DNA of 64,000 nucleotides, taken from NCBI RefSeq assembly GCF_009914755.1, contig NC_060925.1; one strand, given 5' to 3'. The stretch comes from the human T2T-CHM13v2.0 reference genome, Homo sapiens. This document shows, piece after piece, positions 1 through 13,802 of the stretch (the first letter of the stretch is position 1; every line of letters starts with the position of its first letter). The position numbers were made by a program, and so were the translations under genes. The notes beneath the pieces are model-generated. The model was not told where the DNA came from. It saw nothing but the letters and a program-made list of their open reading frames with translations, and searched no databases.

Positions 1-915
1 AGAAAATGTTTTCTTGCCCTAATCTTCAGATTATCAATGAATCGGTTTTACTCATATAGATTTTTACAGATAATCCACATTTAAAATATTGTGTGAGATG
101 TGTCAAAAATATAACATCTTCCAACCTTAGCCGTATTTTTTAGTGTAAAAAGCTTATTGTAGATACATGGAGGCCACAATTTCTTGAAGCATGATCCTAG
201 TAGACGTCTAGAATTGTTTTGATTTTAGCTTACTTTTAGATTAGTTGGCAGAGTTTTTATTGGGGGAAGTTCAGGAGTCAGGTCAAATGTTCATAGTTAA
301 AGTAGTTGTACTATTTTTTTTCTTTGTTTTCTTTCCATTTATTATGTCAGGGATTTAAACTATGAAGTTAATGAGTAAACCCTCTTTTATACCCAGAAGG
401 ATGATTTTAAAGAGAAATCAAATATATTTAATATGTTGCAGGCATTGAAAAATGGTAATTGCTGCTCAGCAAGCTTTCAGTTAATACTATTTAGATCTTT
501 TGGGTTTTTTGTGAAATTATTTGCCAATATTTAGAGTACACAGTATCTTCCATATTTGTCTCTGGTGTGCTCCACAACTTAAAATTTTCAAATAAGCTGC
601 CAAAAGAGAGAGGGTTTTTTGGTTTCACTGGTTCATACTAGATATGGGGCCAATTGTGGAAGATGAAAGGTGACACCATTTCCCTGTGACTCAGAGGTGA
701 AAACAGAAGAATGATTTAACTTGCATATAGATGACTCCCTTTGGGAATATGAAGGACAGTTAATGTTTAAGACAATTATTTAAATTGTCTGAATTTGATA
801 ATCTTTGTTTTTGTTTTTTTTAAAGCATTAGTTGTAAACAAGGAAACTGTTGATGTGCCACACCATATTTATTGCAATAAGGAGATGTGAAATAATGAGA
901 AGTGTATCTGTGCCC

Positions 916-1285
916 TGATATGGTTAGGTTTTGTGTCCCCACCCAAATCTCATCTTGAATTGTAATCCCTATAATCCCTACGTTTGGAGGGAGAGACCAG
1001 GTGAAGGTAATTGAATCATGAGAGCAGTTTCCCCCATGCTGTTCTCATGGTAGAGAGTTCTCATTGAAATCTGATGGTTTTATAAGATGCTCTTCCCACT
1101 TCACTCAGCACTTCTCATTCCTGCTGCCTTGCAAAGAAGGTGCCTTGCTTCCCCTTCCTCCATGATTGTAAGTTTCCTGAGGCCTCCCCAGCCATGCTTA
1201 ACTGTGAGTCAGCTAAACCTCTTTCCTTTATAAATTACCCAGTTTTGGGCAGTTCTTTATAGCAGTATGAAAACGGACTAATGAC
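916..1285 (+). mobile_element. MaLR LTR (THE1/MST family)
   Basis: Starts TGATATGGTT...CCCACCCAAATCTCATCTTGAATTGTAATCCC and ends CTTTATAGCAGTATGAAAACGGACTAA, typical THE1/MST termini. Confidence 0.8.
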
Positions 1286-3775
1286 AGTCGCTGACTCTGG
1301 TTCCTGAGACAGAGCTCCTAAAACCCTAGATAGGACTTCTGGGATAATCTTTTGTTCTAATCTTTGGTCTTTAACCTGGTTTCCTGACACAGAGCTCCTA
1401 AATCTCTTGGAATTTCCTAGGTGATAGGAGCATCGTTTGCTCTAATGAGGCAACTCTTGGTGGGCTCCTGGATGGGGGCTGGTCACCAGAAGGACCCAGC
1501 CATGATTAGAAGCTTAACACATTCAGCTCTACCCCCTATCCTCTCAGAAGGGGAGAGGGGCTCCAGGTTGAGTTAATAATCCATCATGCCTACAGGATGA
1601 AGCCTCCTCCATAAAAATCCCTGAACTGGCAGTAGCTGCCAAACTGGAATAGGAGAAGCTGGGCCTGGAGGAGCTGAGAGAGTTCTTGCCACTGTTGGTG
1701 TTGGCGAGTGGCAGGGAGCCAGGACTTGAGGGTTGGGGTGTGTTGTGATGCCAGAGCTGGCGGTGCAGAAGGTGGTGGTCTACCCCCTGTTGCTTCTCAG
1801 TGTGGTGGATCACTTCAGCTAATTTGGTGAGGTTGGAAACCAGAAGCATGTTGGTGTGCTATTGGGGTCATGGCAAAAGAAAATACTTGATATGTCCAAG
1901 AGTTTTCAGTCCCTTTTTATGATGATGACTAAGTCCTTTTTTATGAAGATGACAAAGATGATCTGATTTTTAGACCAAGATTATTTGGAAAACATTTATG
2001 GATTGTTTAAGAAGGTAAATAAATGCCAGAGAAAGAATATTTGGGTGGCACCACACAGGCCATAAACTTTACAAGAATGCCATTGCCATCAATGAAGTAA
2101 TGAAATGATGCTGCCCTAACTCTTGTTTTGGTCATTATTGATGTGAAACCCAAGGACCTGAGCCTGCCCACAGAAGCATATATTGTGGAAGAAGTTACAG
2201 AAACATATACAGTGGAAGAAGTTCATGTTGATAGAACTACAACCACAAAAACATTTGAGCATGTGACTGTGAAACTGGAGCAGAGGAAGCTGAGGAAGTC
2301 AGAGTCAAACACTTGTTATGAGACATCAAAGACACTACCGTGGGTACTCTTTCCTAGCAGATTATTAACCAGGTCTATGCATGGCTTGAAGGGTAAAAGT
2401 AGCGACAGGCAAGCTACCCATAAACCATCAGATCATCTGCCTGCTGTAGGATGTCTTCAACCTGCTGCCAGATGTCAGCCCTGATGAGTTTGTCAAGGCC
2501 TTTCACCTGAAGACCGACCACCAAATGGAGGTGATATACTTGGCCTTGCTGATCTGTTTTTGGTTGCCCTGCACAGCCTCATCAACAACAAGATTGCTAA
2601 CCAGGGTGCAGAGAAGAAAGACGGACAGGAAAAGAAGAGAACAAAAAGGATAGAAAAGGAGACAGAGAGAAAGACAAAGAAAACATAAACAGTGATGAAA
2701 GAAGAGAAAAAGGAGAAAAAGTAAAACATGTAGCTTTTAAAATTTGTAAATTAACCTAATAAACTAAATCAGTGTGCTGCTAGAAGGTTCTTGCTTGCTT
2801 TTAGTGCTTTTTGAAAAGCTGTTCTATTGACAACCCTCTGCTTCTGGCCACCCTTGCTGTGGCATTACATGGAAGCAAATGGATAGAGGGACTGATCTTG
2901 TACCTAATACTGCAGTTTCAATTGCTGTGAGTTGAGGATGTAATAGTCAGCTCTGGCTTCAGATTGTGTGAGAAAAATTAAGAGAAGTCAACATAACATT
3001 TTTGGTACTCATTCTTTACCTGTAAAACCAGGAGTTGAGTTTTTCCCCACCGTAAAAGACTCTTGGGGTCTATTTCTGGTAATTTACAAAATTGCTGAAC
3101 AGAGTGCATGAATTCCACCCATTCTCTGCCTTTTAACACTTTTGAGTTCTGACCCTTTTGAACTCTGTTGAGAAAAACCACACCACATTTTGGATCTACG
3201 TGTAGTTCTGGCATTCTTAGGGCTTGGGATCCAGCTTTATATTTTGTTTACCTTCGAAGACACAATTAAATGGTTTGGTTAAAAAAAAAAAATCCCTGAA
3301 CTACCAGGTTCAGAGAGCTTCCAGGTTGCTGGACCCATGTAGCTTCTTGGGGGGCGGCACACACAGAGAAGGCATGGAAGCTCCAGCCCCTTCCAACATA
3401 TGCTTGGTAATATCAAGTATTTTATAAAAAATGAGTAAAACATAAATATTTCCCTGAGTTCTGTGAGCTGTCCTAGCAGACTACACCTGAGGAGGGAGTT
3501 GTTGTGGGAACCCTCCTGATTTATAAGCCAGTTGGTCAGAAGTAGAGGTGACAAACTGTTACTTGTAGTTGTTGTCTGAAGTGGGGGGCAGTCTTGTTTG
3601 ATGAGCCCGCAACCTGTGGGAGTTGACTCTGACTCCAGATAGTGTCAGAATTGAATTGAATTATAGTACACCGAGTCGGTGTTCACTGGAGAATTGCGTG
3701 CTGTGTGGAGAAAACCCCACACACATCTGGGGTCAGAATTGTTGAGTGGAGTATATGAGAGTATAGTAGGAAACC
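1286..3775 (+). mobile_element. MER21-like LTR, split into 1286-1627 and 3288-3775 by the PSMD7 retrocopy
   Basis: GAGCTCCTAAATCTCTTGGAATTTCC...CCATAAAAATCCCTGAACT continues after the insertion as ACCAGGTTCAGAGAGCTTCCAGGTTGCTG; family assigned by recognition. Confidence 0.6.
1628..3287 (+). pseudogene. Processed pseudogene of PSMD7 (26S proteasome lid subunit Rpn8)
   Basis: ATG at 1748 reads [24 protein letters not shown] (PSMD7 is [25 protein letters not shown]); VIIDVKPKDL.LPTEAY and KTFEHVT appear in ORF 2128-2484; it ends with the acidic/basic tail EEKKEKK* at 2722-2724. Intronless, with stops and frameshifts, ATTAAA at 3265-3270, a poly(A) at 3281 and a 15-bp TSD AAAAATCCCTGAACT (1613-1627 / 3288-3302). 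Confidence 0.95.
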
Positions 3776-4639
3776 CCACAACCTCCAGGTCGACCAACTA
3801 CCTATAAATTGGGGGTTCCCATGACTCCCTCTTCAGGTTCAATTAATTTGCTAGAGTGGCTCATAGTACTCAGGGAAACATTTTACTTATATTTACCCAT
3901 TTATTATGAAGGATAAATTAAAGGATACAAATGAACAGGTAGATGAAGAGGAGATACATAGAGTGAGGTTCAGGAAAGTCCCAAACAGGAGCCTCTGTCC
4001 CCATGGAGTTGGGTATGCCACCCTCCTGGCATATGGATACAATTAAGTAGCTCAAGAACATAAAACTGATGGGTTCTAATAAAGCAAGGAATTAAGATTT
4101 TAGATTAAAGTAGCTTTGATGAAAAGTGAATTCCATAAGACACAGAAGAACCTTGGTGCTTATATCTGCAATTCAGCTGGTGTTTTCTCTTCTCCAGTTT
4201 TTAGACTCTTTGAAGTAGCTTTTGCTCTTGCCAGTAGAGTGTCTGAGCACTGCTTACCCTGAGCAGATGAGGAGTTTGCTCCAAATCCAGGATGGTAAAT
4301 TAAGGAGATTATCAAACATTACCAAACAAATATCTTGTGCAGTATCTTCTATCTTTATGAGAAATTAGGTACAGCATTTAATTCACTTTTTTTTCTGTCT
4401 TGTAAGTTCTTGATAAAGTGTTTTGACATGTTTGTTAGGCAAGTATGTAAGGTTTTTGTTTGTTTGTTTGTTTGTTCCTTTATGAGATAATAAACTAGTT
4501 TGTGACATCAGCCTCAAAGTACCTGACTGTATGAGACGGATACCAAACCAAACTGTTTTTCTTGCTCTGAAACTCATCACAACACACTTCTGACACCAGG
4601 CAATCAGATGCACCCCATCTCCGATGTATACATGTGACC

Positions 4640-5230
4640 TTTGTATCTCTCTTTTTTCACTTAGCATAATGTTTTTGAGGTTTATCCACATTTTAGCATA
4701 TATCAATACTTCATTCCTTTTCGTGGCTGAATAAGATTCCATCACACACACACATATATACACACCACATTTTGTTTATTCATTCATCTCTTGATGGACA
4801 TTTGGGTTCTTTCCACTTTTTGACTGTTATAAGTAGTATTGCTCTTTGTGTATAAATATTTGAATTCTTATAATTATTTTCCATTTTGGGGGTCATATAC
4901 CTAGGAGTAGAATTCCTGGGTGAGATTCTAATTCTCAGAAGCTACACTATTTTACATTTCCACTAACAATATACAACAGTTCCAACTTCTCTTCATCTTG
5001 GACAACACTTGTTATTTTCCCTTTTTTGGTTTTGGTTAGTTATTGCCATCCTGATGAGTATGAAATTGTATCTCATTGTGATTTCAATTTGTATTTCTCT
5101 AATATTAATTAGGGAAGAGGTTGAACTTCTTTTCATGTGCTATTTGGCCATTTGTATATCTTCTGGAGAAATGTCTATTCAAGCCCTTTGCTCATTTTTA
5201 GTGGGTTGGCTTTCTTTCTGTTATTAGAAT
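4640..5230 (-). mobile_element. Old L1 (L1M) 3' fragment
   Basis: Antisense L1 3'UTR motifs (CTTTTTTCACTTAGCATAATG, GATGGACATTTGGGT, GAGAAATGTCTATTC). Confidence 0.75.
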
Positions 5231-5349
5231 TCTTTATGAGGAATTTGGCCTCAGGCCAAAATCTTACGTGATGTTTGAGCCCACTATAGACAATTACAAG
5301 GCTTTATCTGACAAACTCAATGGCGGAAGCTGCTTTCCCCATACCTAAG

Positions 5350-5800
5350 GAAATGTTGACCTAAAAGGAAGAGTTGAGGCACAAAATATAATTTAAAGAG
5401 TTTACTTGAGCCAGAGTGAAGACAGCTGCCCCTGGTGTGTGTTAAAGTTGCCTTGGGGAGTGTACCCTCAGCCCTTGTTACAAGCAAATTTTTAAAGGGA
5501 GAGAGAACAAGGAGTGGGCTAATACAAAGTTATTTGACAGGAATTCTCAATAGTTGACAGATATATCATTGTTCAGTGATTGGCTATACATTTTTGAATT
5601 AGAGGGTATGAGTTAGGGTGTCCAGCATATGGCAGTTGTGGCTTCTTCTTGTCAGTTAGCCTAGAGCCCACATAGCAAGTGTCTTCAAGAGATAATTATT
5701 TAGCTCAAGGGGGAGTGATGTGACTGCTGTTTCATTCCAGTGCCTCTCTGGACCTGATAATTTAAACAGGCTTGCATTCCTCAGATAAGTGTCTTTTTTT
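5350..5800. mobile_element. ERV1 (MER4-group) LTR fragment interrupting the L1
   Basis: TGTTGACCTAAAAGG...GAGTTTACTTGAGCC...GCATTCCTCAGATAAG resembles MER4-group LTRs; exact family uncertain. Confidence 0.45.
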
Positions 5801-7112
5801 TTTTTTTCCATGCCAGTGTATGCTGTTTTCTGGAGGTACTTACTGGCAGTGACTGAGACTCCCTGCAGCCACACTCACACACAGCTGTATTCCTAGCTCA
5901 GGTGACTCTGTTTGGAGGCCTTCTTATGAGGAGATGGGGGAGTTGGCTGAGGCACTTCCCAGGTACCTCCACTGAGGCTTCCTTTTGGAGGCTTTGACTA
6001 AGGTATTTCTGTCTTATCTGACTCAGTACTTTTCTGCTTCTAGCCCTTCCTCCTCTTCCTCCCCGTGGGCCCCTGGGTTCATGAAGATGCAGAGAGGCAG
6101 CAGCCTTCTTCAGGGCTTCTCAGCAGTGAGACAGTGTGCCCCACCCCGACAACCCAGCAGTGCATATTTATCTCACCCTTTCCTAGGGAAGTAATGAAAC
6201 ACTGGAGAACTAGCACCTCTCATTTTGCCCCTTGCTTATACTGTGGCAAGAAGTGAATAAAAACTTGATGGTTACTTTTAATTTGCCTTGTCCTTATTAA
6301 CCACATCAACACCTGGCGGTTCAACATGTTATATATTCTGGATATTAGACCCTTATCAGATACATAATTTGCACATATTTTCTCCCACTCTGTAAGTTGT
6401 CTTCACTTTTTGGTAGTATCCTTTGGTGCACAAAAGTTTTTAATTTTGATTATTTATGTATTTTTTTCTTGCATTGCCCATGCTTTTAAGACTACCTAAG
6501 AATCCATTGCCAAACCTAAGGTTATGAAGATTTATCCCAGTGTTTTCTTCTAACATTTTTATAGTTTTAGCTCTTACAGTTAGGCCATTGATCCATTTTG
6601 AGTTAATTTTTGTATATGATGTAAGGTAAGGGGTCCAGCTTCATTCATGCATTCATCCATCCATATACATGTATGTGGATATCAGGTTTTCCTAATAGTA
6701 TTATTGTTGAAGAGACCATTCTTTCTCCATTGAATGGTCTTAGCATCCTTGATGAAAATCAGTTGACCATATATGTGAGGGTTTACTTCAGAACTTTTAG
6801 TTCTGATTCATTGGATGTCTGTCTGTCTGCTCATACCAAACTATTTTGGTAATAGTTGCTTTGTAGTGAGTTTTGAAATTGACAAGTGTAAGTCCTCTAA
6901 CATTTTCCTTTTTCAAGGTTTTGTTATTTGGGATGCCTTGCAATTCTATCTGAATTTTAGGATCAGCTTTTCTGTTTCTACAAAAAAGGTTGTTGGGATT
7001 TTGATAGAAATTGCATTGACAATGTAGATCAGTTTGGGGAGTATTACCATCTTACTAAATATTACAGTCCATTAACATAGGATGCTTTTTCTCTTATTTA
7101 GATATTCTTTAA

Positions 7113-7420
<308 letters not shown>

Positions 7421-7740
7421 TATGGGCAGTGTACAGGTCTTATACCTCTTTGATTAAATTGATTCCCGAGTATTTTATTATTTTTGATGCTATCATAAGT
7501 GGAATTATTTCCTTTTCTGCTTGTTCATTGCTAATGTATAGAAATACAATTGATTTTGTGTGTTGATCTTTTACATTGCAACTTTGCTGAATTAGTTTAT
7601 TAGATCTAGCAGTTATTTTGTGACTTCTTTAGGATCTACAAATAGAAATTATTCTGTTTCTTTGTTTCCAGTTTGGATCTCTTTTATTTCTTATTCATGC
7701 CTAATTGCTCTGGCTAGAACTTCTAGTACAATGTTGAATA

Positions 7741-7780
7741 GTACAAAGTTGTACAAAGTTGTACAAAATGGTACAAAGTT
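7741..7780. repeat. 10-bp tandem repeat (GTACAAAGTT) x4 inside the L1
   Basis: gtacaaagtt gtacaaagtt gtacaaaatg gtacaaagtt. Confidence 0.9.
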
Positions 7781-9146
7781 GAATAGTGAAAGAAGCCTTC
7801 CTTATCGTGTTCTTGATCTGAGGAGGAAAGCATTCATTCTTTTACCGTTGATGTTAGCTATTATATACTGCTTTTATATTTGTATTTTATATATTACATT
7901 GTATTTCATTTTTCTTTTATTTGACGTACACATTGCAAATGTAGAAATTTGCAATAGAAAATTCAGAAAAATAGAAAAATTCAGAGGGTTGTAAAACACA
8001 TATCCATTATAGACCTCATTCTTGGATTTTGGAAAAATTGCATCCAGCACTGGAATTAGATCATGTAAATTCACTAGTACCATGCCACTTTGACCAAATT
8101 GGTTATGCGAAAGGAATCACAAAACTGTGTGGAATTATTTTTAAATTGTATGATAAAATTTCTAGTTATTTTGACCCGAGATTTGGTCAAAGCAAATTTG
8201 ATACCATTAATAGGAAAATCTAGAGAAATAGTGGCTGTTATTTTGCAGAATCTCATGAATCGCAGAACCAGAAGCAACCTCCAGTTTTGAGCTCTGTTCT
8301 CGAAAGGATCAGGAATTGGAATAATTCCTCTTGGAAAAAAAGAAATAGGGACATAAAATATTTGTACTATCAGAGGAAGAAGGGAAAGAGAGTTTTTGTT
8401 TTATTTTAGGCAGACTCAGGTCAGATAGATGGTTTTTATAGGCCCAATATAAAGGAAGAACTATCTAGCAGTGAACTGCGTCTTACAATAGTGAGTGTCC
8501 CATCACCAGGAGGGAAAAGCTGAGGTCAGATGACTCACTGGAGATGCTGCAGAAGACAAGCAGAGGTGTTAAGGTGCCCCTGCAGCCAATATTCTGTCAT
8601 TCTACAGATTAACCACCAGGTAAAGGAACTTAAGAATGCCTATCACCATGATCTAATAAAAAGTATAGGCCAAGCAGACACTATGAAAAACAGCCAATAC
8701 TTTTCTCAGCCAGTGATGACGGAACTTGCTACAGGAAGCAAAATCTGTAGGTGATAATCCATTGTCCAGAATACTAACTCACGTGAATTAAGAAACAAAT
8801 GCCACTAGGAGGAAAAGAGAAGATAGAGCTCATTTCTTAATTACAAGGGGTGAGAGGAAGAAAAACATAAGACACAGAAATAGATTCAAAAGTCTAGTTA
8901 CTGAAGGATATTTTTTTCACATGTGGAATAAATAAGGACAGGAATAGGGGCCTACCCTTTTAGTTTGTTTCGTTTTTAAGTTTGTAAGAAAACATTTATA
9001 TCTCTGCTATTTTGAATCCCTTAAGAGTGTTTCAAAATCATTTTTTTGAGTAGTTGTGAAGAATTGGCAGCACCATAGCCCTATTTTTAAACTTTAAATG
9101 TAGAAAATGAGATTAGGGTTACACAAAGCCAAAAGTCAGATTTAAA

Positions 9147-9272
9147 TTTTTTTTATTATTATTTTTAGGGAGCAGGTCACACTGTATTGCTTAGGCTGCT
9201 CTCAAACTCCTGGCCTTCATGATCCTGCTGCCTCAGCCTTCTGAGTTGCTAGGATTACAGATGTGAGCCACC
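9147..9272 (-). mobile_element. Alu monomer (FLAM-like)
   Basis: CTCAAACTCCTGGCC...CTGCCTCAGCC...GATTACAGATGTGAGCCAC, flanked by duplicated CAAAAGTCAG. Confidence 0.75.
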
Positions 9273-10886
9273 CAAAAGTCAGGCTTTAATCAGTCTCAGA
9301 GAAACCACACATTGTCAAGAAGTGACATTATTCCAAATATGGTACATTTACTTTATTATTATTTACTTCGGTGTTGTCACTACTCCTTGTCCTGTCCCGA
9401 GTTCTGATTGTCCCCTCAGTTCTTCTTCCTTTGTACTCTCCATCAAGAGATCTGTCATGTGGGAGGGGCAGTGGGAGAGGTAGCTAGTGGTTCTCTCCAA
9501 CACCATGAATATGGCAGAGCTATCTCAGAAGCCAAGGAAGTAATGACAGTGTAACTGTTAAAATAAAAATGACTGCCAGTTTTGAATACTTAACATGCCA
9601 GATGCTATACTAGATGTTGGGTGCTCTTTGTGAACTTACATAGACCATCTCCCAGTAGATTAAAAGAGTTATTTACGGGATTGAATTCTTTGACACTTTG
9701 AATTCTAGATGCTAGATATAATGGATTGGTGTCCTACAATTTGGGATTCCACAATTTGTAGTCTCATGTTAGCTTTTGAGAGCCTGGCTGGCTTTGCCTG
9801 AAGTAAAATTGTGAAGTAGATATGGCACATATTAAGCACTCCCTGCTTCCCCACCCTTGGTTTAAGGTTACTAACATTCCTTTGGTAACTGCTAGGTAAC
9901 TTGTCTCAGCAATATTTCTAAGAATTGAAACTCTGTCAACTTCCTTACCCCTCTCAAGTATCTGTTCCTTTCAGGAGGTACATCCTCTTAATATCCTCCA
10001 GTCTGCCTCTTCTTTACTCTCAAGCCAAATAAGAGAAAAATAAAAATATAATGGACTAATACTGGGATTTGAAATACATTCTTTGATATTTGAGGTAAAA
10101 TACCATCAATTATGATTAGCACAAACAAATAACATAGGAAGATAAAAGCACTTAGTTGCACAAATTCTTACATAGCCAACATGAAGACAACCTTGGTGTG
10201 ATTCCTAGAATTCTGGAATTAGGGCTTCTTCCGTGGTGGACCTGCCACCAACAGGCAAAGCTGGATGCCTAACATAGCCTTTTATATAATGGGCTTGGTT
10301 GAACAATCTAGTTCTACCTTACTCTCTGAAGGACCTCTCTTAGTAGGAAATGGGCTTATGTTAAGATGTTTTAATCCAAGGGGTAAGCCACACAGTTGGA
10401 ATAGAATTTTTAATATATCCAAAGGAAATGAAATCAGTATGTCAAAAAGATATCTGCACTCCAATGTTCATTGCAGCACCATTTACAATAGCCAAGATAC
10501 AGAATCAACCTAAATGTCTATCAGTGAACGAATGGATAAAGAGAATGTGGGATATATACACAGTGGAATACTATTCACTCTTAAAAAAAGAAGAAAATCC
10601 TGTCATCTGGAACAACATGGATGAACCTAAAAGACATTAATAAACCAGGCACAGAAAGACAGATACCCACATGTTCTCACTGATATGTGGAATCTAAAAA
10701 AGTATGAGTAGAAAATAAAATGGTGGTTACCAGGGGCTAGGAGGATGGGGGGCTTTGAGGAGATGGTGGTGAAAGGACACAAAATTTCAGATAGGAGAAA
10801 TAAGTTCAGAGATCTATTGTACAACATGGTGACTTTAGTTAATGACAATGTATTGTATTTTGAAAATCACTAAGAAAGTAGAGTTT

Positions 10887-11190
10887 GGCTAGATGCACTG
10901 GCTCATGCCTGCAATCCCAACACTTTTGGAGGCTAACATGGGAGAATTGCTTGAGCCCAGGAATGAGACCAGACAGGGCAACATAGTGAGACCCTGTCTC
11001 TACCAAAAAAAAAAGCAAAACAAAACAAAACAAAATTAGATGTGGTGGTGTGTACCAGTGATCCCAGCTACTTGGGAGGCTAAGGTTAGAGGATCACTTG
11101 AGCCCAGGAGGTTGAGGCTATGGTGAGCTGTGATTGCACCACTGTACTCCAGCCTGGACAACAGGAGTGAGACCCTGTCTTTTAAAAATA
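10887..11190 (+). mobile_element. Alu (J-type)
   Basis: GGCTCATGCCTGCAATCCCAACAC...GAGCCCAGGAGGTTGAGGCT...CACTGTACTCCAGCCTGG. Confidence 0.9.
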
Positions 11191-11197
11191 ATAACTA

Positions 11198-11404
<207 letters not shown>

Positions 11405-11577
11405 TTATTTAGCTTGATTGAGCCATTCTACAATATATACCTAGTTCAGAATATCATGTTATACATAATATATATATATTTTTTATTTGTCAATTAAAAT
11501 GTAAAATAAAATGAAAAAGAATTTTTATTTCTCTGACTAGCTGTCTTGCAATGATTTAATATTTCTTTTTCTCCTAG

Positions 11578-11707
11578 GGAAAAGTTAACCATTGGATGCC
11601 GCCAGCTGGTTGAGATGGAATATACCATGCAGCAGTGCAATGCATCTGTTTATATGGAGGCCAAAAACAGGGGATGGTGTGAAGACATGCTCAACTATAG
11701 GATATAA
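11578..11707 (+). CDS. SWT1: SWT1 last coding exon (C-terminus of the PIN-domain RNA endonuclease SWT1/C1orf26)
   Basis: Strong acceptor TTTCTTTTTCTCCTAG|G, then G+[42 protein letters not shown] (TAA at 11705-11707); I recognise this as the SWT1 C-terminus, and SWT1 neighbours IVNS1ABP. Confidence 0.85.
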
Positions 11708-12690
11708 GTACTGATTTGTAACTTTAAAGGAATTGCATTTGTCCTTAAGAATAACAGAGTAGTTTTCAATCTGGTCACTCTTTTGGGCCAAACCCAAGAG
11801 AATTTTAAGAAATGTTTCATAGGTATAAAAAGGTGATCGCCTATTACTGACAGTCTCATTGTAGCTCTAAAAAGCCTAATGTATCCACTGTGGAATAAAC
11901 TCCATAGACTCAACTCTTCTGGAGTTCACAATGCCTCCCTACCTCTATTCTTGATAGTGAGCCAGTATCTCTAAGGAAAGGAGAGCCGTATTTTTAGTCA
12001 TCCTAGGGCAGGAGCCACTGTGGCATCTGAGGAAGACCCAGGGTACAGTATTAGCATTTCTTTCAACCCTAAGTATGGGCATGTGACCAGAGACACTGCC
12101 AAACCCTAAGAAATCATTAGGGCATGATCATGCTCACCATATTTCACAAATGAAATCTTAATGTGGGCTGTTTTTTATGATCAAACTGTCATCCATGTTG
12201 ACCTGATGAAAATAACACCCTCCTTCACCTCCCTCAGGGTAATGAAAGTAGAAATTTGACTGAAGCTCCTACTTCCTTATACAGCCTTTCCTTCTGTGGG
12301 CTTGTCACTTTTCAGTACATTTCTAGTGGGGAAGAGCAGGGCGACCCCTCTGCTGGGTTTCTCCTTAAATGTGAAGCAAAATAAATTTATATAATGGAAT
12401 TTGGTGGCAGTGACTGATGTTTGTCTCTAGCTAAAACCAACTGTTTAGTTGACTTTTTAGTTATAGGATAAGTTGGAAGTCCTTGTTTACTGGAATATAT
12501 TATGCTTTTGTTAACACATTAGATTAAATAGAATTTGGTATTCTATTATAAATGTTTATTTTTTAAAGCAATAAATAACTTATTTTTGGTAAGATTTGGC
12601 TTTTTACTTCCAAATTGTTTCTGATATGTACATAAGGTATGATTATAAAAGTGACTGTCTGCAATAAAAGAGAACTTGTTCAGGATATTC
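11708..12690 (+). other. SWT1: SWT1 3'UTR with several poly(A) signals
   Basis: AATAAA at 11894, 12380, 12570 and 12663; the end is inferred about 20 nt after the last signal. Confidence 0.65.
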
Positions 12691-13372
12691 ACTAGTTGGT
12701 GTAGAACCTGTTAAGCTTTGGGTTTGCCAGATTAGGGAACCACACCACCAGCCGCACAGATGGGGCTCAAAGTGCTGTCAGAGATTATGAGCTTCTGGGC
12801 AAATGGGGAAGCTTTAAGAGGGCATCTCTGCTCTCTGCCTCTTTCCTTTTCTTTCCTGAGAAGCCAAATAAATATACATTCATCTGTTGCCTGCTGACCC
12901 CCATGAAAAGAAGTTTTTTCAGACCCTTATCCTTCAACTTCTAGTTGTTATTGTTGGGTTTTTGTTTTTCCTTGTTCTGGTAACTCCTCTTTTTTTTTTT
13001 TTTATCGCTTTAATATAGGTTAATCCTTTCCTTAAAATTTCTTTTCAGTCTTATCACATATTTACCCTTATGCCTACTTCAGTCTTATATAAAAAACTTT
13101 TTCAATATTATTGAGATGTGAAGATGTCCTTTTTTAACTTTCTAGTCTTTTTTATTCAAAAACATTGTTTTAAAATTTTTGTTTTAGCTTTTATTTCTTC
13201 CATTTGAAATCATTTGAAATGTCAGGTCTTGCTTTTTTTTGTTTGTTTTTCCCTCTCCCTTCTTTGTTGCTTTTTTTTTTTTTTTATGATCGTAAACTTT
13301 ATTACTTTTCTATTTGTTGTCCTAATCATGTAATGCAGGGGTTGAGAGTTCCTTTACTGTTTTGCAACTTCC

Positions 13373-13802
<430 letters not shown>

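Noticed and set aside
1544-2729. ORFs 1544-1849(-), 2128-2484(+) and 2493-2729(-)
   Set aside because: Fragments or antisense shadows of the disrupted PSMD7 retrocopy, not functional genes
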